Source: Bacteroidota bacterium (lineage in GTDB: Bacteria > Bacteroidota > Bacteroidia > NS11-12g > UBA9320). From it: a DNA stretch of 64,000 nt. The translations under genes and the position numbers were made by a program. The notes under the pieces were generated by a model. That model worked only from the letters and a program-made list of their open reading frames with translations. It was not told the DNA's origin and made no database searches. Below, in pieces: positions 1 through 9,265 of this stretch (positions within the stretch are counted from its first letter, which is position 1; each line of letters opens with the position of its first letter). The stretch lies in the NCBI GenBank assembly GCA_016124755.1, contig WGNA01000004.1:36826-100825 (forward strand). Direction: 5' to 3'.

Positions 1-651
1 GTGAATTTTGTTCTGGCTCCAAACGAAGAAAAAATGGTGGAGAATCTCAGATCACGTAAGTTATCGTATTTGCAGCAGGCGTTGAATTCGGAAAGAACTA
101 CTTCGATTGTTACCATTCTGAATGATGATGTTAAAAATGATACTTTTTATAATCGTCATCTGGAGCAGAAAGGGTACTCATTCCGAAAACCGAGAACTTT
201 CCGTTTAGCCATTAGTGCAGACGACTGTGCCGGAATTGTTCGCGATATGAACGGAAAACGCATTGCACTCTACATGTATGATGAACCTTATACAGAGGAA
301 AAACAGTTTTCTCAATCGTATATAATCGGCAGACGAAATGCGGTATTAAAGGAACATATTCAAACAGAGCGTCCCGACTCCGTAATTGGTTACATGTCGA
401 CCGATACCATTAATGTTAAACTCTACAGAAAACAAATCGAACTCAACGGATATTACTGCATAGAAACCCGCGGTTGGTGGGAGATGGAGAACGATTTTAT
501 GGCCGGACCGTTTGTTAATTATTCCATTTTATCGCCTGATAAAAAACGGGTGATTACCATTGATGCGAATATTTTTGCTCCCGGCGAAGACAAGAACCGG
601 CTGGTACGTCAAGCCGAATTAATTGCTGAAACCTTCCGTTGCAAAGAATGA
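1..651 (+). CDS. hypothetical protein, 5' end probably beyond the window edge
   Basis: ORF runs from base 1 with no recognisable motif. It overlaps the purN start by 13 nt, which suggests co-transcription. Confidence 0.4.
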   Translation: MNFVLAPNEEKMVENLRSRKLSYLQQALNSERTTSIVTILNDDVKNDTFYNRHLEQKGYSFRKPRTFRLAISADDCAGIVRDMNGKRIALYMYDEPYTEEKQFSQSYIIGRRNAVLKEHIQTERPDSVIGYMSTDTINVKLYRKQIELNGYYCIETRGWWEMENDFMAGPFVNYSILSPDKKRVITIDANIFAPGEDKNRLVRQAELIAETFRCKE

Positions 652-1226
652 TAAAACGCATTGCCATTTTTGCAAGTGGAAGCGGATCTAATGCCGAAAA
701 TATCATCCGGTATTTTGGGCACAACCCGAAAATTATCTTCACAAAAATTTATTGCAATAAAAAAGGAGCGGGTGTTTTAGAACGAGCCGAAAGGTTAAAA
801 GTAGAAACAACTGTTTTTTCTAAAAGTGAATTCCACGACGGAACCATTTTAAGCGATCTCGAACAAAACCAGACGGACCTGATTATTCTCGCAGGTTTTC
901 TCTGGTTAATACCGCAGGAAATTATTCGGGCATTTGCCGGGCGTATTATTAATATTCATCCTTCCTTATTACCGAAATACGGAGGGAAGGGAATGTACGG
1001 AATGCACGTTCACGAAGCCGTTATTGAAAATAAAGAAACTGAGTCGGGAATAACAATTCATCTGGTAGATGAAGAATACGATCGGGGAGAGGTGTTATTT
1101 CAGGCTAAAACTGCAGTAGAAGAAAAGGATACGCCGGAAATTTTAGCACAAAAAATTCACGAACTTGAATACCGGTTTTTCCCGGAAGTGATTGAGAATT
1201 TTCTTAAAAATAAGTTTAGAGCTTAA
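639..1226 (+). CDS. purN: phosphoribosylglycinamide formyltransferase
   Basis: N-terminal IAIFASGSGSN nucleotide-binding motif and INIHPSLLPKYGG formyl-transfer motif. Length of 195 aa is typical of PurN. Confidence 0.9.
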   Translation: MQRMIKRIAIFASGSGSNAENIIRYFGHNPKIIFTKIYCNKKGAGVLERAERLKVETTVFSKSEFHDGTILSDLEQNQTDLIILAGFLWLIPQEIIRAFAGRIINIHPSLLPKYGGKGMYGMHVHEAVIENKETESGITIHLVDEEYDRGEVLFQAKTAVEEKDTPEILAQKIHELEYRFFPEVIENFLKNKFRA

Positions 1227-1229
1227 TTT

Positions 1230-1576
1230 TTCTCCGTTTGAATGCACCAGGATTGCGAATCGGTTTAAGGATCGATGAACAATCTCTTTTCCTCTCACTT
1301 TTTTCTTGATAAAAAAGTAAGCAAAAAATCAAGTCGGAAAGAAAGCTGCCCAAGCGCCCTTTCTCATTTGTTGAAAATCTGGCGAAAGAAGTGACAAGCA
1401 CTTTCACCGATTTTCTACCAAATGAAAAATTCCCGCCGGGGCTATCCCGCCTTTCCGACGACCCACCCACGCGATCCTATTCTTGATTTGGGATCCGCTT
1501 CGCACAATTCATTTTGTACTTTTTAATACTGAAATGGAAGTGATCCACAGGTTGGTGTAATGAAGAAGAGAAACAT
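1230..1576 (+). repeat. copy 1 of an approximately 345-bp conserved noncoding element; an inverted second copy lies at 31541-31886
   Basis: By-eye alignment with the reverse complement of 31541-31886 matches over essentially the full length, with two short indels and scattered substitutions. Long identical core strings include ttttttcttgaYaaaaaagtaagcaaaaaatcaagtcgg and ccctttctcatttgttgaaaatctggcgaaagaagtgacaagcactttc. Confidence 0.75.
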
Positions 1577-2302
1577 TTAAAGCTTTACCAGTTTTTTAGT
1601 GAACTGTACGCCATCAATCATTGTTCGGATATAATAATTTCCGGCGGGTTGTTCATCAATCTTAAATTCGGTAACCTGGTTTAAGTCTGTCTGAAAGTAT
1701 GATTTGATTTCTACGCCAAGCGAATTGTATACATAAATAGTAGCCCCTTTTTTCTCTCGGATATCAAATCGAACCGAAACTTTATCCGTTGCCGGAGAAG
1801 GATACACCTGAAATAAATTACCCGAAGTATTTCGCTTGAGATCCACCACTGTTTGCGAACTGATTATGTATTTCTGGGGACTACGATAACGGAACGAGGA
1901 TTCGTAAAATTTGTCGCCATTTAAATAGGTTTGGCGTTTCGTATACATATTGAATTGAAGCAACAAAGTGTCTTGGAGATTGAGACTGGGAATTATGGTG
2001 TCCAGCACGCTTGTAATGTTTTTATCCTTCAAAACCCATTAAGTGCTAATGTATTTGTATTGGGCTTCACCAATTTTACGGGTAGAAACAGACATCTCAA
2101 CAACTGACATTTTGGTTATTGCCATGTTGTTTGTATCTCGAATGTTATTGAGATCCAGTTCCAGAAGTTCGTTTTTAGTAGCAACTCCGGGCTCAAGTCC
2201 TATATAACCGTTAAATAATCGACTGAGATATCCGGGACAATTTTGAGCCGGCTGAAAAAACAATAAAAGAAAGAATAAAAAAAAGGGTCGAATTGCACTC
2301 AT
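1577..2302 (-). pseudogene. T9SS C-terminal-domain secreted protein interrupted by one in-frame TAA (ORFs 2039..2302 plus 1577..2032 share a frame)
   Basis: The upstream ORF has a signal peptide (FFLFFLLLFFQPAQNC) but no CTD. The downstream ORF has a type-A T9SS CTD (VYPSPATDKVSV...NYYIRTMIDGVQFTKKLVKL) but no signal peptide and begins at TTG. The stop at 2039-2041 and start at 2030-2032 are 9 nt apart, so both ORFs are in the same frame. Confidence 0.55.
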
Positions 2303-2336
2303 GTTTTTCGAACGGTGACCAAAATCAATTTAGTAT

Positions 2337-4268
2337 CTATTCAACAATTCGCAATTCTGTTCTCCGGTTTTTAGCCCTTCCGGCCTCGGTATTATTATCG
2401 GCAATCGGTTGTGAAGAGGCATAACCTTTATACGAAAGCCTTGTCGCATCAATTCCGTGATCAATCAAATATTGGTACACTGCTTTTGCCCGGTTTTCAG
2501 AAAGTGTTTTATTATGCGCTTCGTTTCCGGTATTATCCGTATGTCCTCCGATTTCCACTTTTATGGTTGGATTTTTCTTTAATAAATCCAGAATCATTTC
2601 CATCTCCGCTCTCGACTCTTCTTTTAAATCCCATTTGTCAACATCGAAGAATACATTATTTAAAACAATGCGTTGATCCTTTTTAATTTTCTTTAATCCG
2701 ATTTCCAGAACGAATGGTTTTTCTAATGAGTAATCCTTTAATGAAAAATTTTCGGAGTGAAATAAATAACCATCGGCTCTGGCTTCAAAAGCATAATTTT
2801 CATTTCCGGGAAGTGTAACTAAAAACTCTCCGTTTTTTCGATCGGAAGTGGTGGAAATAACTTTATCTCCGGATGATAAAAGAAACAATTCAACCTCGGC
2901 GCCTAATCTTTCTTTTGTATCCACATCGAACACAATCCCTTTTACATAACCGGTTAAATTAGGTCGGGCTCCCGGATATAAATCCATTGAATAAATATCC
3001 ATTCCGCCGTAACCATTTAAACCGTCGGAAGCAAAAAATGCCTTATCGCCGCTTCGGTTCACCACAAAACTCCATTCGTCTCCATGCGTATTAATCGGGT
3101 AGCCGAGATTCACCGGTGTTGTCCATTTGCCATCAACCAATCGCGTGTAATAAATATCACTGCCGCCCATTCCCACTAAACCGTCGGAAACGAAATACAG
3201 CGTTTTTCCATCCGGATGAATAAAGGGAAATTGCTCTTCGCCGGGAGTGTTGATTTCGGGGCCCAGGTTTTTCGGTTTCGACCAGCCGTTCTCTGTTTTT
3301 ATTGTATACCAGATGTCTGCTCTTCCATAACCATCTTCCCGATTCGAAACATAAAAAAGTGTTTTCCCATCGGCAGATAACGAAGGTTGACTTTCCCAAT
3401 CCGGTGTGTTTATCGGCCTTCCGAGATTCTCCGGTTGCGTCCACTTATCGCCTTCTTTGGTTGTGATCCAGATATCAAATCTCCCGTAACCTCCTTCGCG
3501 GGAAGACGCATAGAGCAAATGTCGGCCGTCGGGAGAAGCACAGAAAGCACCTTCGTTCAATTTCGTATTTATAGGTGATCCCAGACTAATGGATTTTCCC
3601 CAAACCGAATCGATTTTACTGCTTACATAAATATCTTCATCCTGCAGCATTTGATTGAGACTTCCGTCGCGGCTTGTGAAATACAAAAGTGTTTCATCAG
3701 TGCTGAGTCCCGGGAAATATTCTTCGAGTTTGGTGTTAACATTCGGTCCGAGATTTTTCGGATCAAACGGAACCGGATTTTCCATTGCATTTTTAGCAAA
3801 TTCGGCACACTCAATTCTAAAATTAACTTGTCCACGGGCTTTTGGCGGAATCACCGTAAGTGCTTTGTTGAGCAATCGAAGACAATCGTCGTAACGATCC
3901 TGTTCAAAATAAACATTGCTGAGATCCAGAATCGTGTACAAATTGTCGGGAGCAATCTGATACGCTTTTTCTAATGCCTCTGTCGCCAGATCAATTTGTT
4001 TGTGCTCGAGATAAATTTGTCCGCGAAGGCTGTATGCATCTACATAATTGGGGTCGCGTTTCAGAACCTTTTCCAAAATTTCCAGCGCTTTATCATCTTC
4101 CCGAACATCGTGAGCGAGCAATGCCTGACCAAACAAATCATACGCTTTTTTATCAGGGCCGCCGCCTTTCTTTCCGGATTTTTGTCCGATACACGAAACC
4201 TGAACGAGGCTCAAAGCGAGGGTTAGAAAAAAAATCCTTGACATGGTTTTATTACTTGCTAAACTCAA
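2337..4268 (-). CDS. OmpA-family outer membrane protein with TPR repeats and TolB-like (PD40) beta-propeller repeats
   Basis: Signal peptide, TPR-like helices, repeated PDG..L.Y.S.R.G..DIW motifs, and a C-terminal OmpA peptidoglycan-binding domain (IGGHTDNTG...NRRTEL). Confidence 0.8.
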   Translation of the reverse strand: MSLASNKTMSRIFFLTLALSLVQVSCIGQKSGKKGGGPDKKAYDLFGQALLAHDVREDDKALEILEKVLKRDPNYVDAYSLRGQIYLEHKQIDLATEALEKAYQIAPDNLYTILDLSNVYFEQDRYDDCLRLLNKALTVIPPKARGQVNFRIECAEFAKNAMENPVPFDPKNLGPNVNTKLEEYFPGLSTDETLLYFTSRDGSLNQMLQDEDIYVSSKIDSVWGKSISLGSPINTKLNEGAFCASPDGRHLLYASSREGGYGRFDIWITTKEGDKWTQPENLGRPINTPDWESQPSLSADGKTLFYVSNREDGYGRADIWYTIKTENGWSKPKNLGPEINTPGEEQFPFIHPDGKTLYFVSDGLVGMGGSDIYYTRLVDGKWTTPVNLGYPINTHGDEWSFVVNRSGDKAFFASDGLNGYGGMDIYSMDLYPGARPNLTGYVKGIVFDVDTKERLGAEVELFLLSSGDKVISTTSDRKNGEFLVTLPGNENYAFEARADGYLFHSENFSLKDYSLEKPFVLEIGLKKIKKDQRIVLNNVFFDVDKWDLKEESRAEMEMILDLLKKNPTIKVEIGGHTDNTGNEAHNKTLSENRAKAVYQYLIDHGIDATRLSYKGYASSQPIADNNTEAGRAKNRRTELRIVE

Positions 4269-4743
4269 TTACCCGGAGATTGCGCATCTCTTTTTTATCA
4301 ATTTCCAAAGATATCATAGTTCGCACCTTGTGAAATCCTGAAATTCCGATTGCCCCGGGATTGATGTGCAGATGTTTTAATTCTTTGTCGTACATCACTT
4401 TTAAAATGTGCGAATGTCCGCAAACTACCAAACCGGGTTTCAACTCCTGAATTCTCTTGAGAGCAAACGATTTGTATTTTCCCGGATAACCGGCGATGTG
4501 CGTTATGTATACAGAAACTTCTTCGCAGGTAAAATTGAGTTCAACCGGAACAACAGCCCTGATTTCAGCACCGTCAATATTTCCGTAAACTCCTCGCAAG
4601 TCTGCCACTGCAGAAAGTTTGTCGAAGACCTCAATCGCCCCCCAATCGCCTGCATGCCACACTTCATCGTGTTCTGCAGCATAGCGAATGATCGCATCAT
4701 CCATATACCCGTGGGTATCGGACAGGATGAGGATTTTTTTCAA
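4252..4743 (-). CDS. YfcE/MJ0936-family metallophosphoesterase
   Basis: Calcineurin-like motifs ILSDTHG, GD, GNID and CGHSH. Size is 163 aa. Confidence 0.8.
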   Translation of the reverse strand: MKKILILSDTHGYMDDAIIRYAAEHDEVWHAGDWGAIEVFDKLSAVADLRGVYGNIDGAEIRAVVPVELNFTCEEVSVYITHIAGYPGKYKSFALKRIQELKPGLVVCGHSHILKVMYDKELKHLHINPGAIGISGFHKVRTMISLEIDKKEMRNLRVIEFSK

Positions 4744-4758
4744 GGAATTTCCCGGTTA

Positions 4759-5118
4759 TCAGAACGGAAGATCGTCGCCGGTCTCGTCCATATCGATTAC
4801 CGGAGCGTCCATCATTCCAACATCATTGTTGGCCTGAGACTGGCCGTTCTGAACATCGATTTTCCAAGCCTTAACATCGGTGTACCAGCGATCGTTGTAT
4901 TCTCTTGACTCGATGTTTATGCTAATATTCAAATTGGTACCGGGCTGAAGATTCTGAACTTCATCCACACGCTCACCCCAACAGGTAATCGCAACTTTTT
5001 TGGGAAATTGTTCATTGGTTTCAATGATCATTTCCTGCTTTTTCCAAGGCCCACGCTGACTTTCTCCACTTTGAACCGGCATCAGCTTTACCAGCTTTCC
5101 ACTTAATTCCAGACTCAT
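4759..5118 (-). CDS. DUF3127-like small protein with acidic DDLPF tail
   Basis: Size is 119 aa and the C-terminus is an SSB-like acidic tail (DMDETGDDLPF). This family is conserved in Bacteroidota. Confidence 0.5.
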   Translation of the reverse strand: MSLELSGKLVKLMPVQSGESQRGPWKKQEMIIETNEQFPKKVAITCWGERVDEVQNLQPGTNLNISINIESREYNDRWYTDVKAWKIDVQNGQSQANNDVGMMDAPVIDMDETGDDLPF

Positions 5119-5235
5119 GCTACACGAATAATTGTTCGAAACTAAGGGTCAAATTAAGGATTCCACAAAGAACCTTTACTAAATTGTTCACCGGTTTTAC
5201 ACTTCGCTGCAAATCAGCATTTTTGCGCCACTCCT

Positions 5236-5862
5236 GTGAACGAACTTTACGTATTTCTTTTTTCAACCGGAATCAGCCTTTACGGTTCGCTGATGGCAGG
5301 CATTGTAAACGTCAATGTGATTTACTGCGCCCTGCACCAAAGTAAGAGACATGCCAAATGGATGGCACTTGGCGGTGTTTTGCCCGAGCTGCTGTATTCG
5401 GGTATTGCGATTTTCGGAGTGGAAATGGTGCGAACCAACCACGCCCTTTTCGACAAACTGAAATTTGCGGTTGTCCCGATTATGATTGCCATGGGAATTT
5501 ATTTTTTGTTCACGAAAAGTGATCCCGATAAGATTAAAGAAGATACCAGTAAACATTCGGCTTTTTATAAAGGAGTGGTTCTGGCAATGCTCAATCCCCA
5601 GCTCATAACTTTCTGGTTTGGCTGGTTACTCATCGCTTATAATTTTCTGGAGTTCGGCAACTATTCATTCATCTCACCCAAGATTACCTTTATTCTCGGA
5701 ACCGCAGTGGGTGCCTATATCACTCTTCGTATTTTTATTTACATCACCGTGCGAAACCGGGAACGAATTCTTAACTGGATGCGATTTCCGATAAACGTTC
5801 TGATCGGGTGGATATTAATCGGTATTGGTATTTTGCAGTTGGGTGTTATTCTTTGGAAATAA
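5236..5862 (+). CDS. LysE/RhtB-family amino-acid exporter-like membrane protein
   Basis: Multiple TM helices in 208 aa with a LysE-like topology. Confidence 0.45.
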   Translation: MNELYVFLFSTGISLYGSLMAGIVNVNVIYCALHQSKRHAKWMALGGVLPELLYSGIAIFGVEMVRTNHALFDKLKFAVVPIMIAMGIYFLFTKSDPDKIKEDTSKHSAFYKGVVLAMLNPQLITFWFGWLLIAYNFLEFGNYSFISPKITFILGTAVGAYITLRIFIYITVRNRERILNWMRFPINVLIGWILIGIGILQLGVILWK

Positions 5863-5885
5863 ATCAAAACGCAATCGAATAATAA

Positions 5886-7979
5886 ATGACTTTTTTCAGG
5901 CGGACTTACATTCTTCAATTTGCCATGATTGCAGGTCTTACCCTGATCTCTTTTCGGGTTAATGCTCAATTGTTCAAACCCCGGTGGAAATGTCTCGGGC
6001 CAAAAGAGCTGCCGGGTTTTGGAGTAGATTCAGGGCAATATTCAGCAAATGGTTTGGGCTGGGTCGAGAGTCTTGCGGTGTCACCTTCCAACCCGAAAAT
6101 AGTATATGCCGGGAGTAATACAGGTGGTTTGTACAGAACTAAAAACGGTGGGCGAAAATGGAAATTTGTTTTTGATCTGGATGCCGTTTGCGGGGTTTCG
6201 GATATCGTGATTGACGATAAAAATCCAAAGGAATTGTGGGTGAGTACCGGAACCATATTTTTTGATATCGACTGGGGTTATGGAGTTCTGCACAGCAATA
6301 ACGGAGGACGAAGCTGGGAACCAACCGGACTATCGTTTCAACCCTGGAATTCAAAACCACTCTGGTGTCTCCAAAGAAGTGAAGTAAACCCCGAAGTTTT
6401 TTACGCGTGTTCCGAAACCCGGATTTACAAAACAACCGATCGCTGTAAATCCTGGAATGTTGTGTTGGATTCGGGAGATGGTGCCAGAATGCATTTCCGA
6501 CATCTTCGGATTCACAACCGGGATGCGAAAAAAGTAATTGCATCAGGCGATGGATTTTTTGTGAGTCGCGACGGAGGAAATACCTGGACAAACGAATCAG
6601 ATAAATTTGCCTTTCATAGCTATCACACTAAATACGATTCGCTTCCCGATCGGTTTGCATTTGACTTTAATCCGCAGAACAACGATCAGCTAATTGTTGC
6701 GTATGAATATCGCGGATACGACTATATACAACGATCCGATGATTTCGGGGAAACCTGGATTTTGCTGATGAGGCGTCCCAACTTTAATCGCCTCGACCGA
6801 AATCATGCGGAAGTTGCGTGGCATCCGAAAGATAGTCTCACCATCGCTGTGGGAACCGTTCGTATTTATCTTTCGCACGACGGCGGATTAACATTTATAA
6901 CAGCAACAGAACCGATTGCCGGTTCGCCCAACCGAATTCACGACGACATACGGGAATTGTTTTACGCACCCGATGGAACATTATTTATCGGAAACGACGG
7001 AGGTGTTGGTTGCTCTTCTGATGGTAAAAACTGGAAAGACATCAGCGGGAAAGGATTAACCATTTCCGATTTTTATCAGATTGAACTCAGTGGTGGAAGA
7101 ATCGTTGGCGGATGTCAGGATATGAGTTCCATGATTTATTCGGAAAAGAAATGGGAAAACACCGGAGAGATTTATGGCGATGGTGGATTTAATCTGATCA
7201 ACGGCGACACTTTACTCGTGATGCAAAGTGGTCGTTTGCGATACGGAACTTTTCAGAACAGGAACTGGGCTTCGATTACTCCTCCGTTCAGACCAGACCG
7301 GTTTACTTATCCTTTATTGTTTAATCCCTTCACTGGAAAAAAGGATGAAATCTGGTGTGCCGATTTTAACCTCTGGAGTTATAATCTGAAGAACGGACGA
7401 TGGCACCAATTAACAAATATTAAAACCGGAATCACAAAAATTACGGTCTTCTCAGCTGATTCGGCTTCCGGCATCATGTATCTGGCGAAAGATCAACCCA
7501 CCTGGAATCCCACGCCGGAAGGTCTGACCGACCGATTGTTCCGCGGCCGTTACAATGGAAAGGATCCGGCATTCGAAGACATTACTTCGCATCTTCCAAT
7601 TGTTGCCTGGCGAAGTATTTCGGGGATTGAAATCAATCATAAAAATCCGGAAGAGATGTTCGTTTGTCTCACGGGTTTTTCAAATTCTCCGCTTCGGGCA
7701 AAGGTTTTCAGAACTGTCGATGGAGGAGAGACTTTTGAAAATTATTCGGATAGCCTGCCCGATGTTTTGTGTTACAATTTGCTTTTAGATTCGGCAACCC
7801 GTGTATTGTATCTGGCGACTTCAGCAGGTGTATTTATGCGAAAAAATCCCGGTTCTCCCTGGGTGAAGCTCAATAAAAAAATGCCGGCTTTGCATACAAC
7901 CGATTTAAAAATTGAAGATGGTTATTTATATGCGGCAACGTTTGGAGGTGGAGTCTGGCGAGTGCGGAAATTGAAGTGA
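5886..7979 (+). CDS. secreted BNR/Asp-box repeat beta-propeller protein (sialidase/sortilin/Ycf48-like)
   Basis: Signal peptide plus at least 8 S/T-x-D-x-G-x-T/S-W Asp-box motifs (TKNGGRKW, SNNGGRSW, SRDGGNTW, RSDDFGETW, RTVDGGETF). Confidence 0.6.
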   Translation: MTFFRRTYILQFAMIAGLTLISFRVNAQLFKPRWKCLGPKELPGFGVDSGQYSANGLGWVESLAVSPSNPKIVYAGSNTGGLYRTKNGGRKWKFVFDLDAVCGVSDIVIDDKNPKELWVSTGTIFFDIDWGYGVLHSNNGGRSWEPTGLSFQPWNSKPLWCLQRSEVNPEVFYACSETRIYKTTDRCKSWNVVLDSGDGARMHFRHLRIHNRDAKKVIASGDGFFVSRDGGNTWTNESDKFAFHSYHTKYDSLPDRFAFDFNPQNNDQLIVAYEYRGYDYIQRSDDFGETWILLMRRPNFNRLDRNHAEVAWHPKDSLTIAVGTVRIYLSHDGGLTFITATEPIAGSPNRIHDDIRELFYAPDGTLFIGNDGGVGCSSDGKNWKDISGKGLTISDFYQIELSGGRIVGGCQDMSSMIYSEKKWENTGEIYGDGGFNLINGDTLLVMQSGRLRYGTFQNRNWASITPPFRPDRFTYPLLFNPFTGKKDEIWCADFNLWSYNLKNGRWHQLTNIKTGITKITVFSADSASGIMYLAKDQPTWNPTPEGLTDRLFRGRYNGKDPAFEDITSHLPIVAWRSISGIEINHKNPEEMFVCLTGFSNSPLRAKVFRTVDGGETFENYSDSLPDVLCYNLLLDSATRVLYLATSAGVFMRKNPGSPWVKLNKKMPALHTTDLKIEDGYLYAATFGGGVWRVRKLK

Positions 7980-7982
7980 TTA

Positions 7983-9218
7983 TTATTCCCCGTTATCCCG
8001 CATTTCGTAAACCTCGAGATCAAAAAAAGAAACCGCCGATAATAAATGATCAAAGATGTCGGCAATAATAAATTCGTAATTAGCCCATCGCTTGTCTTTG
8101 CTGAATGCGTAAATCTCAATCGGAATGCCGGTAGGAGTGGGCTGAAGCTGCCTCACCATAATGATCATTTCTTTATTGATTGCCGAATGATGCTTTAAAT
8201 ACGTATCGATGTATTTCCGGAACACACCGATGTTGGTCATGTTGCGACCATTAATAGCCAGAGATTTATCGGCTTCGTGTTGCTCGTTGTATTTGGAAAT
8301 TTCATCACTGCGATGCGCGAGATATTCTGAGATCAGTTGAATTTTTTCAAGCCTCAAAATGTCTTCATCACTTAAAAACCGGATGCTTTTCTGTTTGATG
8401 TTCAGCGATCGTTTTATTCTTCTGCCGTCTGATTGCACCATGCCGCGCCAGTTTCGGAATGAATCGGAGATAAGCGCGTAAGTAGGAATGGTTGTAATTG
8501 TATAATCGAAATTCTGAACCTTAACGGTTGCCAGATTTATTTCGATCACATCGCCGTCGGCTCCGTATTTATCAAAAGTTATCCAGTCACCGATGCGCAC
8601 CATATCATTAATCGAAACCTGAATGCTGGCGACAAAACCGAGAATGGTATCTCTGAAAACCAGAATTATTACAGCGGAAGCAGCTCCGAGAGCCGTGAAA
8701 AATTTCCAGGGTTTTATGCCGGTAACCTGTGCAAAACCCATGATGATTCCAACGAGCCATGCAAAAATCATCACCACCTGAATGTAACTGTCGAGCGGTT
8801 TGTCTTTCAGGTGCGGAAGTGTTTTCAGGTAATCTTTTAGTGCATTTAAAAAACTTCGCACAATGCGGAGGGCGAGCACAATTCCCAAAAGTTTAAGACT
8901 GTGTTCTGCGTAAAACTCGGTGTCGTGGAAGTCGGTAAAAACTGTCGGGATAAACTGAATGGCAATGAGCAGCGGAAGAATGTGAGCGACATTTCTCGGA
9001 GCCCGGTTTTTTACTAAAAGATCATCGATCTGGGTTTTGGTGCGGGCAGAATATCGCACGAATGCTCCGAGTAAAAGCTTTCGGCCAATGTAGTCGATAC
9101 ACAATACCACAATTACCAATGCGGCAAAAAGTATCAGCATATTGAGATACCTCGCCGATTCGGTTGAGGAACCCATTTCGATTAACCGGTCGTAAATTAT
9201 ATGGCGAAACTGATCCAC
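7983..9218 (-). CDS. mechanosensitive ion channel, MscS family
   Basis: N-terminal TM helices followed by the MscS beta domain (VRIGDWITFDKYGADGDVIEINLATVKVQNFD). Confidence 0.75.
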   Translation of the reverse strand: MDQFRHIIYDRLIEMGSSTESARYLNMLILFAALVIVVLCIDYIGRKLLLGAFVRYSARTKTQIDDLLVKNRAPRNVAHILPLLIAIQFIPTVFTDFHDTEFYAEHSLKLLGIVLALRIVRSFLNALKDYLKTLPHLKDKPLDSYIQVVMIFAWLVGIIMGFAQVTGIKPWKFFTALGAASAVIILVFRDTILGFVASIQVSINDMVRIGDWITFDKYGADGDVIEINLATVKVQNFDYTITTIPTYALISDSFRNWRGMVQSDGRRIKRSLNIKQKSIRFLSDEDILRLEKIQLISEYLAHRSDEISKYNEQHEADKSLAINGRNMTNIGVFRKYIDTYLKHHSAINKEMIIMVRQLQPTPTGIPIEIYAFSKDKRWANYEFIIADIFDHLLSAVSFFDLEVYEMRDNGE

Positions 9219-9265
9219 GGATTTTGAGGTGCAAAATTAAAATCCTAACCGGGGCATCAAAATTC

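Noticed and set aside
1216-1470. 84-aa ORF inside the 345-bp repeat and other short antisense ORFs (for example 3157..3444, 26041..26331, 56100..56285)
   Set aside because: They have low complexity, no motif, and lie antisense to or inside well-supported genes or repeats, so they are almost certainly spurious.
1230-1576. tmRNA, RNase P RNA or another known housekeeping RNA of about 350 nt
   Set aside because: There is no tRNA-like acceptor/T-arm (GGTTCGAATCC...CCA) and no RNase P P4 consensus. A second diverged copy in inverted orientation is inconsistent with a single-copy housekeeping RNA.
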